A DNA stretch of 64,000 nt. Origin: Eledone cirrhosa. Its lineage: Eukaryota. Made by a program: the position numbers and the translations under genes. How positions within the stretch are numbered: position 1 is the first letter of the stretch; the number at the start of each line of letters is the position of its first letter. The DNA lies in the NCBI GenBank assembly GCA_964016885.1, contig OZ024741.1:398102001-398166000 (forward strand), read 5' to 3'. Positions 54,462 through 64,000 of this stretch are shown piece after piece. The notes under the pieces are model-generated. The model ran no database searches, had not been told where the DNA came from, and worked only from the letters and a program-made list of their open reading frames with translations.

Positions 54462-54462
54462 G

Positions 54463-54578
<116 letters not shown>

Positions 54579-54584
54579 GAAGAG

Positions 54585-54684
54585 AGTCAGGACCCCGATG
54601 GCTGAGCTCTGGCCATTTCGACAGCTAGATCCGAACAGATCTAGCTGTCGAAAAGGTCGGAGCTCAGCCGTTGGGGTCCTGACT
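54585..54684. other. GC-rich 100-nt hairpin (47-bp stem, 6-nt loop)
   Basis: AGTCAGGACCCCGATGGCTGAGCTCTGGCCATTTCGACAGCTAGATC-CGAACA-GATCTAGCTGTCGAAAAGGTCGGAGCTCAGCCGTTGGGGTCCTGACT; 42 Watson-Crick pairs, 4 G-U, 1 A-A on the + strand. Confidence 0.9.
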
Positions 54685-54920
54685 GTTTTACTACTACCCA
54701 CTCTGCTACCTTAAGTATTAAGTGCTCTAGTGTGTTATGGTCCACCTGGTATCTTACCACACCTTCTTTGTTTTATATATATATGACCAAAAGTTTATTT
54801 GGTTCGTTGATTATTCAACGGATTCAATTTTACAATAGATTAGAAGCACTCAACAGGAATTTATCTGGAGTATTTAATATTATTCAAAATATTAATAAAT
54901 GAGAAATATCATAACCTAAG

Positions 54921-54991
54921 TATATATTTTATTATACATATTTCAAAGGTACAATGGTGTTTAAGTATGTTTTCATCAGATAAAATATATA
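54921..54991 (-). ncRNA. Type I hammerhead motif, left arm of inverted pair
   Basis: Minus strand TATATATTTTAT-CTGATGA-AAACATAC(loop)GTACCTTT-GAAA-TATGTATA|ATAAAATATATA; stem II has two mismatches. Confidence 0.6.
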
Positions 54992-55063
54992 AGAGATTGG
55001 TTATACCACTAGAGGGATTGAAGATTCAAGACCATAGCAGTATGTCGTATAACCAATCCCTCA

Positions 55064-55130
55064 TATATTTTATCTGATGAAAACGTACTGAAACACCATT
55101 GTACCTTTGAAATATGTATAATAAAATATA
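55064..55130 (+). ncRNA. Type I hammerhead motif, right arm of inverted pair
   Basis: TATATTTTAT-CTGATGA-AAACGTAC(TGAAACACCATT)GTACCTTT-GAAA-TATGTATA|ATAAAATATA; 10-bp stem I; predicted cleavage after 55120. Confidence 0.7.
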
Positions 55131-55319
55131 TACTTAGGTTATGATAATATTTTGAATATTATATATATCATCATCATCATCATCGTTTAATGTCTATCTT
55201 CCACGCCAGCATGGGTTTAGACGGGAATTGTCCCACTTGAGGCAAGATTGGTTGTCTTGCTCATATAGGACTGTCTGGCAGGTTTTCTACAGCTGGATGC
55301 CCTTCCTAACACCAACCAC

Positions 55320-55467
<148 letters not shown>

Positions 55468-55538
55468 TCAGTCATGTCAAGGTCATGACTTCCTAGTGTT
55501 GGTGATTGATACAATAAACAGAAGGGTTCTCCCAAACA

Positions 55539-55815
55539 GTAAGTACTGACCTGATGACCTCTGGGTCTGAGTCACACTTTAGACTTTCTCTGTTTAGTAA
55601 GTACAGACCTGATGACCTCTGGGTCTGAGTCACACTTTAGACTTTCTCTGTTTAGTAAGTACTGACCTGATGACCTCTGGGTCTGAGTCACACTTTAGAC
55701 TTTCTCTGTTTAGTAAGTACTGACCTGATGACCTCTAGGTCTGAGTCAGACTTTCTCTGTTTAGTAAGTACTGACCTGATGACCTCTGGGTCTGAGTCAT
55801 ACTTTAGACTTTTTT
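55539..55815 (+). repeat. 58-bp tandem repeat, about 5 copies
   Basis: Units start at 55539, 55597, 55655, 55713, 55764 (fourth has a 7-bp deletion). Confidence 0.92.
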
Positions 55816-56122
55816 CTAGAATTTTCTTTACAATATATTTTTTTCCTGTTGTATCAATGATTAAAGTGACTGTTAATAATTCTGAGGTGGGGTGGCTGTT
55901 GCAGTGGGTGTTGCTGGCCATTGTCAGTGGAAATACTGTTGCAGTCTTGTACACGGGGCGCATCCCCAACACCGCTGCACCCTAGGCCCGAAGCCCATCA
56001 CATTCCCCCTTCCTCCCTCTCTTCTGTGGCCCTAGAATCCTTGCTTTCCCTCCTCCTTTTCCTCTGATTTATGGCTTTCATAGTCCTTTCCTCTACTCTC
56101 CCATACAGCTAGATCTGTCCTT

Positions 56123-56257
56123 TCAAACCACTTCCACTCACTCTCCATGATCAAATCAGTTCCCCGGAGTATTTCTCTTAGAATCTCTCGCCTATCGTCT
56201 AATTCTGATATTTTTAGTGAACACGCTGAATACTACAATAATGCATTAAGGAATGCT
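56123..56257 (+). mobile_element. Penelope-like element RT C-terminal fragment
   Basis: SNH.....MIKSVPRSISLRISRLSSNSDIFSEHAEYYNNALRNA resembles the PLE motif SNHPP.IIK.IP.SI..RIS.LSS....F...A.YYN.AL..SGY. Confidence 0.7.
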
Positions 56258-56374
56258 GACCCTATTTTCTCACTATTTAATATTATTTTTATCTTTCTTT
56301 CTCACAGTAAATGAGAGCCAGTTATTCTGATATTGGTTTAAGTAGCTTGTATTCTTTATTTTTCTCCTCTTCAG

Positions 56375-56457
56375 GTTATTTATTCAGTGTTGGAAAATTT
56401 GCAAGTAAGACAGTTGCTGACACTGCCAAACAGATTAAGAACACAGTTGAAGAGAAG
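56375..56457 (+). CDS. SYAP1: SYAP1/Sap47 homologue, coding exon 2 (83 nt)
   Basis: Pyrimidine tract TTCTTTATTTTTCTCCTCTTCAG acceptor, donor AAG|GTAAGG; encodes (S)YLFSVGKFASKTVADTAKQIKNTVEEK, matching SYAP1 [31 protein letters not shown]. BSD-domain exons not found in the window. Confidence 0.9.
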
Positions 56458-56629
56458 GTAAGGAGTCTTTAGCTTTTCACATTATTGTTTGAAAAAAAAA
56501 GATAGAAATTTTGAATAAGTTGAAACAGTGAAGTTCTTGTCATCGCTGGCATTCTTGTATCGCCTGAGGTGTGAGGCGATATTCCTGGTGAGGGTTAGGG
56601 TTAGTTGTTTCAGTGTCTTAGCCCCGTGA

Positions 56630-56852
56630 AGGCGCATGGCTTAGTGGTTAGAGCATTGGGCTTGCAATCGAAAGGTTGTAAGTTCAATTCTCGGACCGGC
56701 TGATGTGTTGTTTCCTTGAGCAAGACACTTTATTTCACGTTGCTCGAGTTTACTCAGCTGTAGAAATGAGATGATAGGACTGGGGTCCCTATCATTAAAT
56801 TACCCAAGATACCTTGGAGGAGGCCAGCTAAACTTGCATAGGTGTGAGCTGT
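56630..56852 (+). mobile_element. tRNA/CORE SINE, tail type B
   Basis: Head identical in layout to 43663; tail shared with 30366. Confidence 0.82.
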
Positions 56853-57795
56853 CTTCTTCTTAGCCTCACCATCACCCAGGGTAATGTAGCAAGCGTGTTG
56901 GCTTGCCTCAGAGAGTTCCGTTGACCCTTATGGTGTGTGGCCGATTGTCGCACTTGGTGGTGAATTGATGGTCATTTTGTTTAATCTTATATATTTGTTA
57001 TATATTTTCATTCTGAAAATAATTTGTAATGTTATTTATACAATTGTGAATAAAATGATTTATCAGTTGAAACATACAAAATATATAGCTTATTTTAAAT
57101 CATACTACAGTTAACCCTTTTGATACCAAACTGCCCCTGGTTCTACAGCATAAGACTGTTTGTTTTAAACTGTTTATCATCATCATTATGGTTGAACATC
57201 CATTTTTTCCATGCTAGCATGGGTTAGATGAGCTGTCCCATTGTGAGACAAGCCAGATCAGATGACTATGTCTTGAACATACAGGACTGATTTTGGCTTG
57301 GTTTCTATGGCTGGATGCCCTTCCTAATGCCAACCACATTTACAGTATGTACTGGGTCTCCCCAAAAACAGCACCCAGTTAAGTGGTCGTATAGATGTCA
57401 CGATAAAAAGCACCCAGCACACACTGTAAATGAAGTTGGCATTAGGACGGGGATCCAGCTATAGAAACCTAGCCAGAAACAGTTCTGTATGAGCAAGACA
57501 AGGACACCTAACCTGACTTCCCTCAAACGAGACAACCTGTCTAACCTATGCTCGCATGGAAAATGGATGTTAAACGATGATGATGATGATAATGAATTAT
57601 TTAAAAAATTTTCACAAATGGTTTTAAAGAAGAGTCTCAAATTTCATATAGCTTAAGACCTCAGCAGGTGAAAGTCCAACCCTGTCTTATGAAGCAACTA
57701 GAAATGTCAGGAAGACCATCCGGCTGTAAAACATTATCTCAAAAAGTCCAGCATGGAAAAGTCCATATAAAAGTGGTGATGATGATGATTATGTC

Positions 57796-58010
57796 TTAAC
57801 CCATTAGCATTTAAACCGGCCGTATCCGGCCAGAATTCTCTCACCTCTTTCTGTTCAAACTAGTCATAATCGACCACTCGAACTGATGTTAAGGTATTGT
57901 CCTCAAAATAAATAATATCAAAATCTCATAGATTCGGTATTATGTGAGATGAAGTGTTTACCGTGAAAATACAATAGTATATATGGAGCAATTAAATGCT
58001 AAAGGGTTAT
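57796..58010. mobile_element. piggyBac-type MITE (family A) flanked by a ~113-bp direct duplication
   Basis: TTAA|CCCATTAGCATTTAA ... TTAAATGCTAAAGGG|TTAT. Confidence 0.82.
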
Positions 58011-58377
58011 GAAGCAACTAGAAGTGTTGCTGTCATGAAGGCCATCCGGCTGTAAAACATTGCCTCAAAAAGTCCAGCATGGAAAAGTCCATATAAAAGT
58101 GATGATGATGATGTCTTAACTCATTAGTTTTTCAGTGAACCATTGAACAGTTTCTCTACAAGTATTGAGCCTATTTCTTCTCAAATAATGTTTTGGAAAA
58201 GTTTGATTTCAGTACTCAAAATGTATCCTTTCATTACCATATTTCTAATGAAAATACTGCCTAGGATTTTCAAGTCATTTCGAAAATAACCAAGAATTTG
58301 GGAAGGGTGGGCTTAGTGTGTGGGTTGACTGAAAAGTTCATTGGATGGTTATGAAGGAGTGAAATGTATTGTATAAC

Positions 58378-58890
58378 AGATGTGGGCAAGTTGAGCCACT
58401 GAGGACAATGTGAGATGCTGTATGGAAGGTGTGGGCAAGTTGAGACACATTGTGGTAGATGTGGGCAAGTTGAGACACTGTGGCAAATGTGGGCAAGTTG
58501 AGACACTGTATGGCAAATGTGGTAAAGTTAAGACACTGAGGACAATGTAAGACACTGTATGGAAGGTGTGGGACAGTTGGGACACTGTAAGGACAATGTG
58601 AGACACTGTATGGCAGGTGTGGGCAAGTTGAGACACATTGTGGTAGGTGTGGGCAATTGAGACACTGTGGCAGGTGTGGGCAAATTGAGACACATTGTGG
58701 CAGGTGTGGGCAAATTGAGACACATTGTGGTAGGAGTGGGCAAATTGAGACACATTGTGGTAGGTGTGGGCAAGTTGAGACACTGTATGGCAGGTGTGAG
58801 CAATGTGAGACACTATGGCTGGTGTGGGCAAGTTGAGACACTGTGGCAGGTGTGGGCAATGTGAGACATAGTGTGGGAAAGTTGAGACAT
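58378..58890. repeat. Diverged 28-30 bp minisatellite
   Basis: Unit like GGTGTGGGCAAGTTGAGACACATTGTGGCA. Confidence 0.9.
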
Positions 58891-58986
58891 CTTCCCAAAG
58901 TTGAACCAGAATATATACAGCTTAACACACAATATATTTTAATGTTATTTTCATGAGTCATAATGAAGTAATATATCTATATACAC

Positions 58987-61900
58987 CTCTCTCTCATGTT
59001 TTACTTCTCTTTCTCACTCTCCTTTTCACGCACTCTCTTTCCCTCTCTCTTTTTGACACACACTCTCTCTTACACTCTCTTTCTTACTCTCTCTCTTACA
59101 CTCTCTTACCCTCTTACTCTTACTCTCTTACACTCTCTTTCTTAACCTCTCTCACACTCTCTTCCTTAGACTCCCTTTCTTACCCTCTCTTACACTCTCT
59201 TTCTTAGTTTCTCTTCTCAAACATACACTCTTTCTCACTCTCTCTCTTTCTCACACTCTCTCTTTCTCACTCTCTCTCTTTCTCACACTCTCTCTTTCTC
59301 ACTCTCTCTTTCTCACACTCTCTCTTTCTCACTCTCTCTCTCTTTCTCACTCTCTCTCTTTCTCACTCTCTCTTTCTCACACTCACTCTTTCTCACTCTC
59401 TCTCTTTATTACACTCTCTTTCTCACTCTCTTTCACACACTATCTCTTTCTCACACTCTCTCTTTCTCACTCTCTCTTTCTCACACTCTCTCTTTCTCGC
59501 ACTCTCTCTTTCTCACAATCTCTCTTTCTCACATTCTCTCTTTCTCACTATCTCTTTCTCACACTCTCTCTTTCTCTCTCTCTTTCTCACACTCTCTCTT
59601 TCTCACACTCTCTCTTTCTCACACTCTCTCTTTCTCACTCTCTCTCTTTCTCACTCTCTCTCTTTCTCACTCTCTCTCTTTCTCACTCTCTCTCTTTCTC
59701 ACTCTCTCTCTTTCTCACTCTCTCTCTTTCTCACTCTCTCTCTTTCTCACTCTCTTTCTCACATTCTCTCTTTCTCACTATCTCTTTCTCACTCTCTCTT
59801 TCTCACTCTCTCTCTTTCTCACACTCTCTCACTCTCTCTCTTTCTCACACTCTCTTTCTCACATTCTCTCTTTCTCACTATCTCTTTCTCACACTCTCTT
59901 TCTCTCTCTCTTTCTCACTCTCTCTCTTTCTCACACTCTCTCTTTCTCACTCTCTCTCTTTCTCACTCTCTCTCTTTCTCACATTCTCTCTTTCTCACTA
60001 TCTTTCTCACACTCTCTCTTTCTCACACTCTCTCTTTCTCACTCTCTCTCTTTCTCACACTCTCTTTCCTCACTCTCTCTCTTTCTCACACTCTCTCTTT
60101 CTCACATTCTCTCTTTCTCACTATCTCTTTCTCACACTCTCTTTCTCTCTCTCTTTCTCACTATCTCTTTCTCACGCTCTCTCTTTCTCACTCTCTCTCT
60201 TTCTCACACTCTCTTTCTCACACTCTCTCTTTCTCACACTCTCTCTTTCTCACTCTCTCTCTTTTTCACACTCTCTCTTTCTCACTCTCCCTCTTTCTCA
60301 CTCTCTTTCTTTCTCACATTCTCTCTTTCTCACTATCTCTTTCTCACTCTCTCTTTCTCACACTCTCTTTCTCACACTCTCTCTTTCTCACATTCTCTCT
60401 TTCTCACTATCTCTTTCTCACACTCTCTTTCTCTCTCTCTTTCTCACTCTCTCTCTTTCTCACTCTCTCTCTTTCTCACACTCTCTCTTTCTCACTCTCT
60501 CTTTCTCACATTCTCTCTTTCTCACATTCTCTCTTTCTCACTATCTCTTTCTCACACTCTCTCTTTCTCACTCTCTCTCTTTCTCTCTCTCTTTCTCACA
60601 CTCTCTCTTTCTCACACTCTCTCTTTCTCACATTCTCTCTTTCTCACTATCTCTTTCTCACACTCTCTTTCTCTCTCTCTTTCTCACACTCTCTTTCTCA
60701 CACTCTCTCTTTCTCACACTCTCTCTTTCTCACATTCTCTCTTTCTCACTATCTCTTTCTCACTCTCTTTCTCTCTCTCTTTCTCACACTCTCTTTCTCA
60801 CACTCTCTCTTTCTCACACTCTCTCTTTCTCACTCTCTCTCTTTCTCACTCTCTCTCTTTCTCACTCTCTCTCTTTCTCACTCTCTCTTTCTCACACTCT
60901 CTCTTTCTCACTCTCTTTCTCACACTCTCTCTTTCTCACTCTCTCTCTTTCTCACACTCTCTCTTTCTCATATTCTCTCTTTCTCACACTCTCTTTCTCT
61001 CTCTCTTTCTCACACTCTCTCTTTCTCACTCTCTCTCTTTCTCACACTCTCTCTTTCTCACATTCTCTCTTTCTCACTATCTCTTTCTCACACTCTCTTT
61101 CTCTCTCTCTTTCTCACTATCTCTTTCTCACGCTCTCTCTTTCTCACTCTCTCTCTTTTTCACACTCTCTCTTTCTCACTCTCTCTCTTTCTCACTCTCT
61201 CTCTTTCTCACTCTCTCTCTTTCTCACATTCTCTCTTTCTCACTATCTCTTTCTCACTCTCTCTTTCTCACTCTCTCTCTTTCTCACACTCTCTTTCTCA
61301 CACTCTCTCTTTCTCACATTCTCTCTTTCTCACTATCTCTTTCTCACACTCTCTTTCTCTCTCTCTTTCTCACTCTCTCTCTTTCTCACTCTCTCTCTTT
61401 CTCACACTCTCTCTTTCTCACTCTCTCTTTCTCACATTCTCTCTTTCTCACATTCTCTCTTTCTCACTATCTCTTTCTCACACTCTCTCTTTCTCACTCT
61501 CTCTCTTTCTCACACTCTTTCTCACTCTCTCTCTTTCTCACACTCTCTCTTTCTCACATTCTCTCTTTCTCACTATCTCTTTCTCACACTCTCTTTCTCT
61601 CTCTCTTTCTCACACTCTCTTTCTCACACTCTCTCTTTCTCACATTCTCTCTTTCTAACTATCTCTTTCTCACACTCTCTTTCTCTCTCTTTCTCACACT
61701 CTCTTTCTCACACTCTCTCTTTCTCACACTCTCTCTTTCTCACACTCTCTCTTTCTCACACTCTCTCTTTCTCACTCTCTCTCTTTCTCACTCTCTCTCT
61801 TTCTCACTCTCTCTTTCTCACACTCTCTCTTCCTCACTCTCTTTCTCACACTCTCTCTTTCTCACTCTCTCTCTTTCTCACACTCTCTCTTTCTCATATT

Positions 61901-62034
61901 CTCTCTTTCTCACACTCTCTTTCTCACTCTCTCTCTTTCTCACACTCTCTCTTTCTCACACTCTCTCTTTCTCACACACTCTCTTTCTCACTCTCTCTCT
62001 TTCTCACACTCTCTCTTTCTCACTCTCTCTCTCT
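58987..62034. repeat. ~3-kb CT-rich satellite, TTTCTCAC(AC)(TC)n
   Basis: Directly visible; almost no G on the + strand. Confidence 0.97.
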
Positions 62035-62459
62035 GGTTATTTACTGAGGGTTGTTTTGGGATATGTTTTATTGTTTCTGAGAATGAAGGATTACTTTATA
62101 TTTTGTAAAGAGAATTAGAAAATATCTATATATTCTGAACTAAAACTACTACAGCCATTACTTGCTATCGAGTATGACATGGTAGTATGTACCATGTTTT
62201 CGCTAAGGGTTTTAGGTATCCATGCAGTCATAAGGGGACACAGACACCTTCTTGACTCCCTCTCTCCCTTGATTCAGTGAAATATCTAGGATGTGACAGC
62301 TGGAAGGAGAGAGAGGGCTGCCCTAGCTCTGAACTGGTACTTTCTTTCTCGATCCCCAAAAGAATGAAAGGCAAAATGAACTTTAGCGGGATTTGAACTC
62401 AGAACACAGAAGAAGGAGCATCCAGTGCTCTATCAACTCTGCCAAACCAACCAAGTTGA

Positions 62460-62988
62460 AGACCACATTAAGTTACTTGTAATATAATAAGGCCGTATTC
62501 AAGAAACCATAATTATAAATTCTTGAAATTCTGATAACCACTGGTGTACTAAATCCCCACAGGTTCTCACCAACCAACCTGGGGTGATAGTGGCTCCAGT
62601 CAAGCAGGAATTTAATGTACATTCTAGAATCAATTAGAACTAAAACATGAGTGTATTAAGTACTGAAAGGGTTCTTATAATCTACTAATTTTTAGATTCT
62701 AGAATCACATTAGAACTAAAACGTGAGCCTTTAAAGTACTGAAAGGGTTCTTATGATCTACTAATTTAATTCTGGCTGTCTGTCAGTGTTGATTATTTCA
62801 TTGTATTTTCTTTTACTCTTTGGTATTTAAAACACATTCATCTTATGGTTTAAATTAAAATAAGAGATAGACAAAAATATATTAATAAAAATTTTGAATT
62901 TGTTGCAAATTTTTTATTTTCAAAATGCCGCACAGTAATGGCATAGAAGGCCTCATGTGGCCTTAAAGCTTCAGGCTCCATATCTCTG
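62460..62988. mobile_element. Second copy of the 41205 hAT-type element, inverted, lacking the nested MITE
   Basis: Reverse-complement identity over several hundred bp, e.g. CCATAAGATGAATGT..TTTAAATAC.AAAGAGTAAAAGAAAAT; small internal duplication near 62620-62765. Confidence 0.8.
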
Positions 62989-63196
62989 ATGCATACCAAC
63001 CATCTAGATATTTTTTTCTGAACAGGACTAAAAAACTTTGAGATTTTGTAGTTAGAATAGTTTACATTTTCTATTGTATGTTATGACATTACCAATATAA
63101 CATGAATCAATGTTGTATTGATGTCATAAGTACAATATCATGATCAGAACTATCTATGTTTAACACTTTCATGACTGTATTTGGAATGGTTTTTGA

Positions 63197-63395
63197 TTTA
63201 GGCACAAGGCAAGCAGTTTTGGGGGTGGAGAAAGTTGATTAAATCGACCCTAGTGTGTTACTGGTACTTTATTTTATCGACCCCTTAAGGATGAAAGGTG
63301 AAGCTAACCTCGACAGGATTTGAACTCAGTTAACATAAAAGGGCCATAACTATATGCCACAAAGCATGTTGTCCAATGCTCTACCGATTCTGTCA
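63197..63395 (-). mobile_element. Meta-like tRNA SINE, diverged
   Basis: Aligns with 13226-13414. Confidence 0.7.
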
Positions 63396-64000
63396 CCATT
63401 ATAATTAAATATACTGTCTTTCAATTATTTAATGCAGAATTTTGAAGGATTTACTCAAATGATTCATTATTTTGTTTCTAACTTAAAATATGGTTCTTGT
63501 ATGGTATCCTGTTGGAAGATGTAAATTTATATAGGAATCTTTTGAAATGGGTGGTTTTCATAGATCCAGGGCCAGTTTTGACTGGGTTTGGCTGGGTTGG
63601 TGTCAAAAGGGTTAATTAGGTATATTGTTGTCAGAAGAGTGTGGAGAGGATGGAATTGATGATCATGCTTTCTCCAATAGTTGTAGTCATCATCATCACT
63701 GCCACCATCACCACTGATACCATCATCAACATCATCACCACTACCATCACCATCATCATCTAATGTTTGATGTCCCTATTATCAAGGGTAGGATGGGTCA
63801 TGATAGACCAACTCAGTACTTCACTGGAGTTGCTGGTCTCTCTGATGGACCCTGCATCTTGCTTACACAGCATCCCCACTCTCTTCTGAGTGAATTTTAA
63901 TCATAGTATCAATACTAGGAAGGTTCTCATGTCTTTGACACAACTGACTGTTGACTGAGACCACAAAGTAGACTGATCCTTGTTTCATTTATAGTGGTGG

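Noticed and set aside
55547-55800. Box C/D snoRNA cluster (TGATGA and CTGA in each unit)
   Set aside because: Near-identical tandem units, boxes only about 10 nt apart, no terminal stems or evident guide.
56590-56604. Telomeric TTAGGG repeat
   Set aside because: Only about two units; chance level.

Overview
Eukaryotic, repeat-saturated genomic DNA, most likely from an octopod cephalopod (inferred from the SINE/LINE repertoire and microsatellite load; not provable from this window). One host gene is supported: the first two coding exons of a SYAP1/Sap47 (synapse-associated protein 1) homologue on the + strand (20823-21333 and 56375-56457), separated by a 35 kb intron. The remainder is repeat: a >12 kb 50/33-bp satellite with higher-order structure, a full-length Tx1/L1 LINE one stop codon away from intact sitting in a TAGA-rich minisatellite between two identically truncated relatives, a decayed RTE LINE with a PHD-like finger, CR1/RTE/Penelope/Tigger fragments, CORE- and Meta-type SINEs, piggyBac/hAT/Tc1 MITEs, a Helitron and several minisatellites. 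The least expected signal is a set of type I hammerhead ribozyme motifs (about three sequence families, with compensatory base changes between copies), including a sense/antisense inverted pair 1.2 kb upstream of exon 2. Nearly all ORFs in the supplied track are repeat artefacts. All family assignments are from motif recognition by eye; no database search was run.
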